Of a stretch of DNA of 64,000 nucleotides, positions 10,302 through 21,203 are shown one piece after another (within the stretch, counting starts at the first letter, position 1; each line of letters opens with the position of its first letter). Below the pieces are notes generated by a model that did not search any database, was not told where the DNA came from, and saw nothing but the letters and a program-made list of their open reading frames with translations. The stretch lies in contig CP175956.1 of NCBI GenBank assembly GCA_046116545.1, positions 257,734 through 321,733 on the forward strand. Direction: 5' to 3'. This DNA comes from Candidatus Moraniibacteriota bacterium (GTDB lineage Bacteria; Patescibacteriota; Minisyncoccia; Moranbacterales; GCA-2747515). The translations under genes and the position numbers were made by a program.

Positions 10302-11402
10302 CTATTCTTCTATATGAATTTGTTCCCCACGTCCAACTAACATTCGTACATAATCCCGATTTTTTGCATATGTCATAGCATGATCTAACGTAATATCACC
10401 TGCCTGTAATAATTCAGCTAATGATTTATCAAGAGAAATCATACCTTCTTTTTGAGATGTTTCTATAACTGTATCTATTTGGTATGTTTTATCTTCACGT
10501 ATTAAATTTTCAACTGCATTATTTTTTATCATTATTTCTACAGCTGGTATACGTCCACCATTTGTATGAGGTATGAGCCTTTGAGACATTACTCCTAAAA
10601 GTACATTTGCTAACTGCGAACGCACTTGATTTTGTTGATGTGATGCAAATGAATCAATAATACGATCAACTGTTTGTGATGCATCATTTGTATGTAAAGT
10701 TGCAAAAATTAAATGTCCTGTTTCTGCTGCTGTAATAGCTGTACTAATTGTCTCAACATCACGCAACTCACCTAATAATATTACATTGGCATCCTCACGG
10801 AGTGCTGCACGAAGTGCACCTGAAAAACTTTGTGTGTCCTGCCCAAGTTCACGTTGATTAATAATGCAACGATCCTGCTCATACATATACTCAATAGGAT
10901 CTTCAATTGTTACAATATGATGTTTTTTATTATGATTAATGTAATCAATAAGTGCTGCTAATGTTGTTGATTTACCATGTCCCATAGGACCTGTTACAAG
11001 AAATAACCCTTGTGAAAAATTTGCAAACTCATACACAAGTTGTGGCACACCAAGTTCCTCCAAGGGATGAATCTCACTGCTAATAACACGCATAACAACA
11101 CCAACATAACCTCTTTGATAAAATACATTTGTACGAAAACGCACTTTATCCTCCAAGCTATATGCAAAGTCAACTTCACCGTCTTTGACAAATTGTTCTT
11201 TGGTATTCGAAGTCATAAGGTATTCAGCATATTGCTTAGTATCATCTGGAGTAAGTACTGCCTCTTGCTCTAACGGAATTAACTTACCATCAATTCTAAA
11301 CGTTGGATGTCGTCCTACTGCAAAATGCAAATCAGATGCATTTTGTTGTGCACCCAACCTTAATAAATTTTTGATTTTTTGTTCTACATGTAAAGAGCTC
11401 AT
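10302..11402 (-). CDS. pilT: twitching-motility retraction ATPase PilT
   Basis: 366 aa. Walker A GPMGHGKSTT, Asp box, His box and the AVENLIRE motif match the PilT/PilU family. Confidence 0.85.
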   Translation of the reverse strand: MSSLHVEQKIKNLLRLGAQQNASDLHFAVGRHPTFRIDGKLIPLEQEAVLTPDDTKQYAEYLMTSNTKEQFVKDGEVDFAYSLEDKVRFRTNVFYQRGYVGVVMRVISSEIHPLEELGVPQLVYEFANFSQGLFLVTGPMGHGKSTTLAALIDYINHNKKHHIVTIEDPIEYMYEQDRCIINQRELGQDTQSFSGALRAALREDANVILLGELRDVETISTAITAAETGHLIFATLHTNDASQTVDRIIDSFASHQQNQVRSQLANVLLGVMSQRLIPHTNGGRIPAVEIMIKNNAVENLIREDKTYQIDTVIETSQKEGMISLDKSLAELLQAGDITLDHAMTYAKNRDYVRMLVGRGEQIHIEE

Positions 11403-11440
11403 TTTATATTTTAATTTTAATTTTATAATCTTCTTTATAT

Positions 11441-11830
11441 TTATATCATATACTTCTCAACTTTTGCCAATACTTCGGTTGGAGTAAAATGTGATTTTAT
11501 CAAAAAATCTTTTGCACCTAAATTAATTCCTTTATCAACATCTTCTTTTTGAGATAAATTTGTCAATAAGACTACTGGAATTTTTTTCCATTCTTCATTA
11601 TTATTTATTGCCTCCAATACATCAAAACCATCCATATATGGCATAACAATGTCCAGTAATAAAATATTTGGACGAACTCCTTCTTCAAGTTTTTCTATTG
11701 CTTCACGACCATTATTTGCCAAAATAACATTATAACCAGCATCCTTAAGTTTAACTTCATAAATATCACCTATGAATGCATCATCCTCTGCAATCATTAT
11801 CGTCTTTTTATCTTCACTCTCCTGATTCAT
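11441..11830 (-). CDS. single-domain response regulator (CheY-like receiver)
   Basis: 129 aa. Residues MIAEDD..LLLDIVMPYMDGF..K form a receiver domain with the phospho-acceptor Asp. There is no output domain. Confidence 0.8.
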   Translation of the reverse strand: MNQESEDKKTIMIAEDDAFIGDIYEVKLKDAGYNVILANNGREAIEKLEEGVRPNILLLDIVMPYMDGFDVLEAINNNEEWKKIPVVLLTNLSQKEDVDKGINLGAKDFLIKSHFTPTEVLAKVEKYMI

Positions 11831-11853
11831 ATAGATTTGACTTAATTATAAAA

Positions 11854-13611
11854 TTATTCTTGATTATCTTTATGACCTGATTCTTTGTGCATTTGATCTT
11901 CATCCTCTATTTCATCCAATTTACCACCAATGCTCATATCTCCCTCTGTTACTCTTTCTAATTCAGTTAAAGTAGTTAGTCCTAATAACATTTTTAGTAT
12001 ACCATCTTGTTTCAAAGTTATATACCCCTTACGTCTAGCCAACGCATCTACTTTTGGCATATTTCCATCTTCTTCTGTTATTAAATCCTGCATTTCTCTA
12101 TCAATATCAATTGCTTCATACAATGCTAATCTACCAACTAATCCTAATTTACCACATTTTTTACAACCCTTACCATGATGAAACTTAAAATCTGCATTTG
12201 GATCAAGTCCATACTTTACCATTTCAGCATCATCAACACCCACTAATTCACTTTTAATTTTTTCTATAACATTATCAGGAATTGTTATTTCTTCTTTGCA
12301 ATGTTCACATATCTTTCTTACCAATCGCTGTGCAGCTATAACTCTAACGGCAGATGCTATCAAGAATGGCTCTATACCTAGATCAATTAATCTAGGTAAT
12401 GCTCCAACCGCATTGTTTGTGTGAACTGTAGAAAATACAAGATGTCCTGTAAGAGCAGCATGCACACCAAGCTCAGCTGTTTCCCCATCACGAATTTCAC
12501 CAACCATTATCACATTTGGATCCTGACGTAATATACTCCTAAGTCCACTAGCAAATGTATATCCAATCTCAGGCTTTACTTGCGATTGATTTATTCCAGG
12601 TACAAAATATTCTACAGGATCTTCCAACGTAATAATATTTCGTTCTTCTCCATTTAATATTTTCAAAAATGCATACAAAGTTGTTGACTTACCAGAACCA
12701 GTTGGACCAGTTATAAGTATCATTCCAAAGGGATCCATAATTCTTTCCATGAACATATCGTATTGCGTACCCATCATACCTAATTCTTTCAAATCAAATG
12801 TCTGTCTATCTTTTTCTAAGACACGCATAACAATTTTTTCACCCTCAACAACAGGCAGACTCGAAACACGAAAATCAATATCATTACCCTTATCATTTAT
12901 TCTAAAACGTCCATCTTGTGGTTTTCGTTTTTCGTCAATTTTTAAATTTGAAAGAATTTTTATCCTAGAAATAACTGCCTTTCCAACTTCTAAAGGAAAT
13001 GTTAGTGAAGAATGCAATATTCCGTCCTGCCTGAATCTTACTCTATATGTCTTGTCTATCGGTTCAATATGAATATCAGAAGCCTTTCCATCTAATGCAT
13101 GTTTTAATATAACATGTACCAATTTAGCAACTGGCGCATCCTGTAAACTTTCTCGCTCTCCTATTACACTTATATCATCTTTTGCATCCTCGCCTTCAAC
13201 TTCAAAAGCCATGACCACATCATCCACGGCTTCTTCAGCACTACCATACAATGCAAGTAATTTATATAAAATTTCCTGTGTAGTTAGGTAAATTTCTATA
13301 CCCATCCTATCTTTCTGTGCAATAAATCGCAACATGTTGAGAGTATTTATATCTTGAGGATCCAACATTGCAACATGTAAAACTTTACCCTCCTCATCTT
13401 TACTAAAAACAGCCATGTTATTTTTTCTAGCTATTTCTTCTGACAAAATCTGTATTGATTCTTTATTTGCTCCACTAGGAAAATCAACCAGAGACTTCAC
13501 ACCCATATCCTCCGCTCGTTCTTGTAACTCTTTAGTGTCTTGAGATACATTATCATTACTAACAAGCTCTTCATCCTGCTTTTCTTTTTTTATATTATTT
13601 TCTTCGGTCAT
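11854..13611 (-). CDS. pilB: type IV pilus extension ATPase PilB (GspE family)
   Basis: 585 aa. Walker A LITGPTGSGKSTT is present. The C-terminal tetra-Cys motif (CEHC...CKKC) matches the GspE zinc finger. Confidence 0.9.
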   Translation of the reverse strand: MTEENNIKKEKQDEELVSNDNVSQDTKELQERAEDMGVKSLVDFPSGANKESIQILSEEIARKNNMAVFSKDEEGKVLHVAMLDPQDINTLNMLRFIAQKDRMGIEIYLTTQEILYKLLALYGSAEEAVDDVVMAFEVEGEDAKDDISVIGERESLQDAPVAKLVHVILKHALDGKASDIHIEPIDKTYRVRFRQDGILHSSLTFPLEVGKAVISRIKILSNLKIDEKRKPQDGRFRINDKGNDIDFRVSSLPVVEGEKIVMRVLEKDRQTFDLKELGMMGTQYDMFMERIMDPFGMILITGPTGSGKSTTLYAFLKILNGEERNIITLEDPVEYFVPGINQSQVKPEIGYTFASGLRSILRQDPNVIMVGEIRDGETAELGVHAALTGHLVFSTVHTNNAVGALPRLIDLGIEPFLIASAVRVIAAQRLVRKICEHCKEEITIPDNVIEKIKSELVGVDDAEMVKYGLDPNADFKFHHGKGCKKCGKLGLVGRLALYEAIDIDREMQDLITEEDGNMPKVDALARRKGYITLKQDGILKMLLGLTTLTELERVTEGDMSIGGKLDEIEDEDQMHKESGHKDNQE

Positions 13612-13617
13612 ATTTTT

Positions 13618-14313
13618 TTATGGTAAAAATGGATTTACACGCTCTTCTGGTTCTGATTTTAGAGTATCTGTTTCAGCAGTTGAATTTTTTACAATATTTA
13701 TCAAATCTATATTTACATCATCTCCAATTTGACTGGATGTTATTGTCGCAAGTCCTGGCACAAAACCATATGTGAATGATATTACACTACTTAATGTTAA
13801 ATTCTGTTGCACCTCACCATCCTCAGAATCTTTATCAGCCTTAGTTAAATCAATCGATTTAAAAGAATATAATCGTTTCATATGAAATAATTTATCAGAA
13901 AAATCTTTCAGCTCCTCATACGTCCCATTAACTATCATTTTTCCTTCCATATATTTAGTTGTGGCTGCATCTTTACTATTTGAATTTATATCACCACCAG
14001 AAAAACCAATGGAAAATAAATTAACATTTGACTCCTCTGCTAATTGAGAGATATCACTAAGTAATATTTCTTCACGAGGATCATTTGGAACAAATTTCAA
14101 AACATATGCATTCTCTTCTGGATGAGATTCTATATCTTTCTTGAATTGTTCAGTCTTAGCTGCGTCATCCCTAATTATTTGCAATTCGACTTGTTTTTTG
14201 ACAATTGTATTTTGTGTTGAAGTAATAGCCTTTGATGTAGGTACTATATGAGCTATAGCAAAATACAATATCAAAAGTATAATAGCTGGAAACATTAACA
14301 TTTTTATAATCAT
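13618..14313 (-). CDS. PilO-like pilus alignment protein (putative)
   Basis: 231 aa with a single N-terminal TM and a periplasmic domain. It follows the PilM/PilN-like genes in the order pilM-N-O. Confidence 0.4.
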   Translation of the reverse strand: MIIKMLMFPAIILLILYFAIAHIVPTSKAITSTQNTIVKKQVELQIIRDDAAKTEQFKKDIESHPEENAYVLKFVPNDPREEILLSDISQLAEESNVNLFSIGFSGGDINSNSKDAATTKYMEGKMIVNGTYEELKDFSDKLFHMKRLYSFKSIDLTKADKDSEDGEVQQNLTLSSVISFTYGFVPGLATITSSQIGDDVNIDLINIVKNSTAETDTLKSEPEERVNPFLP

Positions 14314-14340
14314 ATTTTTATTTTAAAAAAATTATTCTTT

Positions 14341-15282
14341 TTATTCTTGCACTTTATCTTCCGAAATAGTCTCTTCATCTTCTTCTCCTACGTCTCCTGA
14401 TTCTGTCTCATTAGATTCTATTGATTCTTCTGTATTATCATTTGTCTGAGTATCTTCATCAACTGCCATTTCATCACTTGCACTACCCACATTTTCTTGA
14501 GTAATATCTTCTGTTGGAGTTATTATTTCCACATTTTCTTCACCAATAATACCAAAATGAATTTCCTCCAATGCTTTATCTTCAAATGGCGAAATATTCC
14601 CTCTATTTACATCCATTGTTAATGTAAAAATAATACGTCCGCTATCATCCCTATCAGTTGTTCCAATTTTTACATTATCAAAATAATACTTTTTTGCCAG
14701 CATATCATCTCCATCATCGCCCTTTAACTGTTCAATCTCCAAAATTTCCTCATCAACATAACCCACATTTTTTAATGTCTCAATTTGTTGTGCCATGACA
14801 TCAAAAGTGTCTGCATCAGCTGTAATAGTCACACTTCCTAAGGATTTTATCGTTGCATCACCATCTTTAAATTGTTTTTTTGTACTTGAACCAGTGCTAT
14901 ATTGATATGACTTCAATACAACACGATTTCCAGAATCATCAGAAGATTTTTTAATCATTGATTTTTCCAATATTTCTAAAATATCATTTGAATCATATCC
15001 ACGATATAATTCTTTTTCCATAGTGTATGACCTTGAAGCAATATCTTTAATTTCATCCGAAAGAGCATTACTTGCAGCTATTCCTTCTGCTGTTATTTCA
15101 TTTTCAATTTTAGCAACCTCTTTTTCTAGAGATTTTTGTTTCATGTCCAAAAAAAACCAAGCTGCTATTGTAATAAGTAAAAAAATTGTACCCATCGCAG
15201 TACCCTTTGAAACTGTTTTATTACGAGCTTTTACTTTATTATCTTTTTCTGACGAACTTTGAAATCCTATTCCAGAAACCAT
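14341..15282 (-). CDS. PilN-like pilus alignment protein (putative) with highly acidic C-terminal tail
   Basis: 313 aa. An N-terminal TM is followed by a coiled coil (EKEVAKIENEI). The last ~60 residues are D/E-rich low complexity. Confidence 0.45.
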   Translation of the reverse strand: MVSGIGFQSSSEKDNKVKARNKTVSKGTAMGTIFLLITIAAWFFLDMKQKSLEKEVAKIENEITAEGIAASNALSDEIKDIASRSYTMEKELYRGYDSNDILEILEKSMIKKSSDDSGNRVVLKSYQYSTGSSTKKQFKDGDATIKSLGSVTITADADTFDVMAQQIETLKNVGYVDEEILEIEQLKGDDGDDMLAKKYYFDNVKIGTTDRDDSGRIIFTLTMDVNRGNISPFEDKALEEIHFGIIGEENVEIITPTEDITQENVGSASDEMAVDEDTQTNDNTEESIESNETESGDVGEEDEETISEDKVQE

Positions 15283-15326
15283 ATATTTATTTTTATGTTA
15301 CTTATATTTTATTTATCTTCAAATAT

Positions 15327-16403
15327 TTACTTTTTATCCTCCAAATCACGTAAAGCAAGTCCTATGGAGACAGACAACAAATTCCCTAATTCTTTTATAT
15401 TTCCTGATTTTTCTTCATCAAAAACTATGTGACTAAGTGGATTACCTAAAACAACTTTTAATCCAGTCATTTTTTCAAAAAATTCAGGCAATCCCACAAG
15501 TTCAGCTCCTCCGCCACAAAGCACTAATTCCTCTATTTTATTACTTCGTTGCGCACTCAAAACTCTTTTTATCTCATTGCCTATATTACTAAGTGATGGA
15601 AATCCAATTTTTGCTGGTCCTGAAAAATAATTTTCTCCATTTTTTTTCAAAGAAACAGCTTTTTCTCTAGAAATGTTCATGCCCTGCATTATTGCATTTG
15701 TAATATTTACCCCACCAATATCAACGCTTCTATTTACTGATACAAGACCATCTTCTACAAAAACTATATTTGTAGTCTTTGCTCCAAAATCAACAAGTAC
15801 AAACCGACCTTTCGTATTCCCTATAACTGACCTAACTAGTGAAAATGATTCTAACTCCAAAGTTGAAATTGACGTACTGACTTTTTCAAATAAACTATCG
15901 TAATATTGAACTTCACTTTTTGGAGCTGCTACCAACAACACCTTCATATTTTCAGAACTTCCTGTTTTTTGATTTATACCATCATCCGCTGCTTCAACTG
16001 CATCCTTTTTTTCCTCAATAATTTCCCAACTAACATTAACCTCGTCCAAAGATGCTGGTATATACTTTTGAGCCTCAAATTTCATTGCATCAGAAAGCTC
16101 TTTTTCATTCATTCTTGGAAAATCAATAACCATAACAAGTCCATTGAAACTTGGTATTGCAACAGTTGCTTTTTTTGTATGAGGTTTCATCTGGATCAAT
16201 AACTCACCCAACGCATCTTTCAATCGTTGTGCATAATCACTATCATATGCATCAGGTGTTTCCTTCACATTAGTAACATCAACCCATCCATAATTAACTA
16301 GATGCGCTTTTCCTTTAACCATCTTTAACTCAACAGCCTTTATTGACTGTGTCCCAAAATCTATTCCTAAAGAATATTCTGATTTAGACGAAAACAATGA
16401 CAT
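15327..16403 (-). CDS. pilM: PilM, actin-like ATPase of the type IV pilus inner-membrane subcomplex
   Basis: 358 aa. N-terminal GIDFGTQSIKAVEL and GGG motifs match the FtsA/PilM ASKHA fold. It is the first gene of the pil operon. Confidence 0.8.
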   Translation of the reverse strand: MSLFSSKSEYSLGIDFGTQSIKAVELKMVKGKAHLVNYGWVDVTNVKETPDAYDSDYAQRLKDALGELLIQMKPHTKKATVAIPSFNGLVMVIDFPRMNEKELSDAMKFEAQKYIPASLDEVNVSWEIIEEKKDAVEAADDGINQKTGSSENMKVLLVAAPKSEVQYYDSLFEKVSTSISTLELESFSLVRSVIGNTKGRFVLVDFGAKTTNIVFVEDGLVSVNRSVDIGGVNITNAIMQGMNISREKAVSLKKNGENYFSGPAKIGFPSLSNIGNEIKRVLSAQRSNKIEELVLCGGGAELVGLPEFFEKMTGLKVVLGNPLSHIVFDEEKSGNIKELGNLLSVSIGLALRDLEDKK

Positions 16404-16467
16404 AATTTTATTTTATTTTTTTGTATTTAATAAACATTATTATTATATCACATAATAATATTTCATG

Positions 16468-17541
16468 CTATTTTGCACTTTTAACTGCTGTTGCTTTTTT
16501 TTCATCTGTATTTTGTTCATCTGCTTTACCATTTTTTACAGCCTCATGAACTTCCTTCATTATGGCATTTAATACCTTTTCATTCTGATTTAATTCTGTC
16601 TTAGCTTTCTCTCTACCAACACCTAGTCTATCTTCCTTATAACTATATGAATGACCTTTTTTTGTTATAACACCATACTCAACACCAACATCCAATACAT
16701 CTCCAGCAAGTGAAATTCCTTCATTATACATAATATCAAATTCTGCAATTTTAAATGGCGCTGCTACTTTATTTTTTACAACTTTCACTTTTACATGATT
16801 TCCTACTATCTCATCACCTTTTTTAATCTGAGCAGCTCGCCGAACATCTAGTCTAACAGATGAATAAAACTTTAAAGCATTTCCACCAGTTGTTGTTTCT
16901 GGACTACCAAACATTACTCCAATCTTCATCCTGATTTGATTTATAAAAATCACAACACAACTTGATTTTGCAATGACTGGAGTAAGCTTACGCATTGCCT
17001 GACTCATAAGCCTCGCATGTTTACCCACATGATAATCTCCCATATCACCATCAATTTCTGATTGAGGTGTTAGTGCTGCCACAGAATCAATAACCACAAC
17101 GTCTACAGCACCCGATTTAACAAGTGTTTCTACTATATCTAGAGCCTGTTCTCCTGCGTCAGGCTGTGAAACCAATAATTCATTTATATTTACACCTATT
17201 TTTTGTGCATACTCAGGATCCAATGCATGCTCAGCATCCACAAAAGCTGCTACGCCACCATTTTTTTGTGCATTTGCTGCAATATGTAAAGCTAGCGTTG
17301 TCTTTCCAGAAGACTCTGGCCCATAAATTTCAACAACACGACCACGTGGAACTCCACCAACACCAAGTGCAATATCAAGTGACAATGCTCCTGTAGAAAT
17401 TGTATCTACATCAACCCTCTTAGCATCCCCTAGCTTCATAAGCATTCCATCTCCAAATTTAGTACGAATCTCATCAACAACAGCATCAACTCCATTATCT
17501 TTTTTCACATCATCATTCTTCATATCTTTCTTTTTTGCCAT
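16468..17541 (-). CDS. recA: recombinase RecA
   Basis: 357 aa. Walker [13 protein letters not shown] and the conserved L1/L2 loop regions are unambiguous. Confidence 0.95.
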   Translation of the reverse strand: MAKKKDMKNDDVKKDNGVDAVVDEIRTKFGDGMLMKLGDAKRVDVDTISTGALSLDIALGVGGVPRGRVVEIYGPESSGKTTLALHIAANAQKNGGVAAFVDAEHALDPEYAQKIGVNINELLVSQPDAGEQALDIVETLVKSGAVDVVVIDSVAALTPQSEIDGDMGDYHVGKHARLMSQAMRKLTPVIAKSSCVVIFINQIRMKIGVMFGSPETTTGGNALKFYSSVRLDVRRAAQIKKGDEIVGNHVKVKVVKNKVAAPFKIAEFDIMYNEGISLAGDVLDVGVEYGVITKKGHSYSYKEDRLGVGREKAKTELNQNEKVLNAIMKEVHEAVKNGKADEQNTDEKKATAVKSAK

Positions 17542-17621
17542 AAAAATAATTTATATTAATTATATCCCCATGCATCCCCATCATACATAAATTTGTTTAC
17601 TTAATTTATTATAGCAAATAT

Positions 17622-18629
17622 TTATTTATTGTCATCTTTTTTCTCTTTTTCTTCAATATCTTCGTTAACAAGTCCATTAATATCATAATTTATATCACGA
17701 ACTATTCCAGGATTATCATTAATTGTTTCAAAATCCTCAGTATCTCCAAACTTTATAAATGTATCATCACCTTTACTAGTGGTTATATTTATATTATCTA
17801 TTGCATCAAATGTTTTTTCCTCATCCAATTCTAATGTGTCATTGTAAATCTGAACACCATCAGAAACGACCTGTATCCATACAGGACCCTTCATTGACTT
17901 TATTATTAAATGAACCTTTTTATCTATAATTTCCTCAGTTTTTTCAATTTCATAATTTGCTTCAATTACTATTTTTTCTACACTTTCTTTTTCAAATTTA
18001 TTTACACTTTTAATATTTATAGCATTCAATCCATTATTTAAGCTCACAATATCACTAAATTTTCCATCCATATCTACAAAAATTTGTTGATCATTTATAA
18101 ATACTTGGGAATTACTTCTTGTTTTTCCTTTTACCTCAACTTTATTATTATTTATAACACTCCCACTTACAGGATTTTCTACAATAAGCCATGGTGATGA
18201 GATAAAGTTATCAACACTGAAATATAAATACAAACCAATTCCCGATAATGCCACTAGTGAAATTATTACTACAATAATTTTTGGCGTAAAAACAATTTTA
18301 GGAACCTTAGGCAACCTCTGAACTTCCTCCTCTTCATCTTTTTTGTTTATATTTTGATAAATACTATATTCTCTCTCAAACATATCTAAGAGATTTTTAT
18401 CTGAAACACCAAAAAATCTAGCATATGACCTAACATATCCCTTTACATATACTTTCATAGGAAGATTGTCATAGTCCCCTATTTCCAAAGCATCTATGTA
18501 TGAAGCTTTTACATTAATTTCATGTGCTAAATCATTAGAACGCATTCGCCGTCCTTCTCTCATTTGCATTAGCGTTTCACCTAAAGTAAATGACTGTACT
18601 TTCTTTCGAGTAAAATTTTTCTTTTCCAT
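17622..18629 (-). CDS. RodZ-like cytoskeleton protein (XRE-type HTH + TM + C-terminal domain)
   Basis: 335 aa. The HTH region LGETLMQMREGRRMRSNDLAHEINVKASYIDALEIGDYDNLP is followed by a single TM and an extracytoplasmic domain. Confidence 0.55.
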   Translation of the reverse strand: MEKKNFTRKKVQSFTLGETLMQMREGRRMRSNDLAHEINVKASYIDALEIGDYDNLPMKVYVKGYVRSYARFFGVSDKNLLDMFEREYSIYQNINKKDEEEEVQRLPKVPKIVFTPKIIVVIISLVALSGIGLYLYFSVDNFISSPWLIVENPVSGSVINNNKVEVKGKTRSNSQVFINDQQIFVDMDGKFSDIVSLNNGLNAINIKSVNKFEKESVEKIVIEANYEIEKTEEIIDKKVHLIIKSMKGPVWIQVVSDGVQIYNDTLELDEEKTFDAIDNINITTSKGDDTFIKFGDTEDFETINDNPGIVRDINYDINGLVNEDIEEKEKKDDNK

Positions 18630-18698
18630 AAAACACTATCAATTCAGCAAATTATATATACCTATCCCAGAAAATACTATTCAAACAAAATTAATTTG

Positions 18699-21080
18699 TT
18701 ATGCTTCATCAATTTCCTGCACCTCAGAATTTTCTTGTTGTACTAATATCTTTCTAGGCTTAGAACCGTCTGGAGGACTCACTACACCATTTTCTTCTAG
18801 TTCATCCATGAGTCTAGCTGCTCTAGAATACCCTATTCTCAATTGTCTTTGTAAATATGAAGTTGAAGCCTTTCCTGCTGCTATAACTATCTCCTTAGCT
18901 TCTCCATAAACTGCATCTTCTGACTCTCCCGAATTTGAATTACTACCACCTACTCCAACTGGGCTACTAAAGTCCACAGAGGTTAGTCCAGTAGCACCTC
19001 CTGATTCCTCATCTCCAAAATCCTCATCAATGCTATATGCACCAGTTGATTCTGCCTGTCTTTTGATAAAATTCACAACTTTTTCTATTTCATCTTCTGA
19101 TACATATGGATTTTGCAACCTCACAGGTGTTGATGTATTTGGACCACTGAAAAGCATATCTCCATTTCCAACCAATTTTTCAGCTCCAGTTGCATCCAAA
19201 ATTGTACGTGAATCAATACTAGAATTAACTTTTAATGCAATTCGTGTAGGCATATTTGCCTTAATCAATCCTGTAATAACTTCCACACTTGGTCTTTGAG
19301 TTGATAATATTAGGTGAATTCCAATTGCACGTGACATCTGAGCTAGTCTCACAATTACACCTTCAACTTCTTTTCCATGCGAAGACATCAGATCTGATAA
19401 TTCATCTATTACAATTACTATTACTGGTAGATTTTCCATGGGTTCTGTAACCATTTCATCCGTATCTGGATCAGCATACGTCCGTTCTCCACCAGCCTTT
19501 CTTTTTACATTATACGATTCCAAATTTTTTGACTTTGTTTCTTGCAATAACTTGTACCTTCTTTCCATCTCGCTTACAGCCCATTTGAGCGCATTAACAA
19601 CCTTTCCATTATCTACAATAACATCAGATAGTAGATGTGGTATACCCTGATACAAAGATAATTCAACTCTCTTAGGGTCCACCAATATTAATTTCAAATC
19701 TTCTGGTGAATTTTTGTAAAGCAATGATAAAAGTATGCCGTTTATAGCAACTGACTTACCAGCACCCGTTGTACCTGCTACAAGTAGATGTGGCATTTTT
19801 GCCAAATCCTCTAATATATAATCACCATTAACATCCTCACCCAGAGCTAACAATAACTTTTCATCAGGATTATCAAACTCATCTGTGTTTAATAAATTTC
19901 TCATTCTTACCATAGCAGTCTCCCTATTTGGAACTTCTATGCCCACAAGTGATTTACCTGGAATCGGAGCCTCAATTCGTATTGGATGTGCTGCTAGAGC
20001 AAGTGCTAAATCAGCATTCAGAGCAGTAATCCTAGAAAGCTTCACACCACTCTGAGGACGGAAACTAAATTGAGTAACTGTTGGACCAGTGACAATATCT
20101 TCCAGTTCCATTGCAATGCCAAAATTTTGAAATGTTTCTTGTATTGCTTGAGCTCTTTGTTTCACATCACCACCCTTAGCAGCTGTACCACTTCTTTTCA
20201 AAAGCTTCAATGGTGGTAATTCCCAATCAACATTTATTGGTTGTGTCATTTGTTTTGTGTCATCTTTTCTATCGGCAATAATTTCTTCTGCCTTATCTGC
20301 TGCTGTCGGAGTTTTAGCAACTGGCATTTCTTCTACATTTATCTCTTCAATGTCCTCTTCCACATCGTCAAATTCATCATTGCCAAATTCCTCATCAGCG
20401 TCTCCCTCCATCACTTCAGATTCAACATCCTCATTTTCATCCTCTTCAAATTCTTCATCGTCTTGAGTAAACTCATCAGCATCTTCTTTTCGCGAAAAGA
20501 AACCAAACTTTTTTTCACTATCATTTTTTTTCATAGATGGTACTTTGTCTCCAAGTCCAACCAAAGACATGTCAAAAGCAACTATAAATCCAATAGCAAT
20601 AACAGCAACCAATACTATAGCCCCAGCAATTTTACCTAAAAACTTGGCTAAGGACATAGCCAATACATAACCCAAATATCCACCACCAGATCCATTACTA
20701 GCCATGGACTTAAATTGTGTAGGATCAACAGATAGTAAATGCATAAGAGCAAGTAATCCCCAGAAAGCCAGAGCCATCCCAACTATCTTCGTTACATAAA
20801 ATTTAGTTTCTACTTTTTTTCTAAGTAAAATTATTCCAACATACACAAAAACTAGTGTTGCTAAATATTTACCCCAACCAAAAATCTGACCTAGTAAATC
20901 TGTCATTTTTGCCCCAGCGACTCCAGCAGCATCAAAAAATCCCAACAAAAAAATCACAGCAAAAACAAACAAAAAAATTGCTGCTATCGAACGCTTCGCA
21001 TGACCGCTTACACTCAGTGCTGCGAACTCTTCACCATCTCCCTCATATTCCTCATTATCATCTTGTTTTTTTCTCCCCAT
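18699..21080 (-). CDS. ftsK: DNA translocase FtsK/SpoIIIE
   Basis: 793 aa. It has N-terminal TM segments, an acidic linker, the motor domain (LVAGTTGAGKSV Walker A) and a C-terminal winged-helix gamma domain. Confidence 0.9.
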   Translation of the reverse strand: MGRKKQDDNEEYEGDGEEFAALSVSGHAKRSIAAIFLFVFAVIFLLGFFDAAGVAGAKMTDLLGQIFGWGKYLATLVFVYVGIILLRKKVETKFYVTKIVGMALAFWGLLALMHLLSVDPTQFKSMASNGSGGGYLGYVLAMSLAKFLGKIAGAIVLVAVIAIGFIVAFDMSLVGLGDKVPSMKKNDSEKKFGFFSRKEDADEFTQDDEEFEEDENEDVESEVMEGDADEEFGNDEFDDVEEDIEEINVEEMPVAKTPTAADKAEEIIADRKDDTKQMTQPINVDWELPPLKLLKRSGTAAKGGDVKQRAQAIQETFQNFGIAMELEDIVTGPTVTQFSFRPQSGVKLSRITALNADLALALAAHPIRIEAPIPGKSLVGIEVPNRETAMVRMRNLLNTDEFDNPDEKLLLALGEDVNGDYILEDLAKMPHLLVAGTTGAGKSVAINGILLSLLYKNSPEDLKLILVDPKRVELSLYQGIPHLLSDVIVDNGKVVNALKWAVSEMERRYKLLQETKSKNLESYNVKRKAGGERTYADPDTDEMVTEPMENLPVIVIVIDELSDLMSSHGKEVEGVIVRLAQMSRAIGIHLILSTQRPSVEVITGLIKANMPTRIALKVNSSIDSRTILDATGAEKLVGNGDMLFSGPNTSTPVRLQNPYVSEDEIEKVVNFIKRQAESTGAYSIDEDFGDEESGGATGLTSVDFSSPVGVGGSNSNSGESEDAVYGEAKEIVIAAGKASTSYLQRQLRIGYSRAARLMDELEENGVVSPPDGSKPRKILVQQENSEVQEIDEA

Positions 21081-21142
21081 AATTTATTTTATTTTCAAAT
21101 ACATATATAAATTAATTCTATCACAAAAGTACATTTTTCAGC

Positions 21143-21182
21143 AATATAAAACAACGAACATTTTCTCAAATGTTCGTTGTTA
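21143..21182 (-). terminator. rho-independent terminator after the 178-aa repeat protein gene
   Basis: Sequence AACAACGAACATTttctcAAATGTTCGTTGTT is a 13-bp stem. On the minus strand it is followed by TTTTATATT. Confidence 0.6.
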
Positions 21183-21203
21183 AATTTCTCTACTTCATTT
21201 AAG

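Noticed and set aside
20241-20639. 132-aa plus-strand ORF, and the 69-aa Ser-rich ORF at 20257-20466
   Set aside because: Both are antisense to the acidic linker region of ftsK. They are low-complexity shadow frames.
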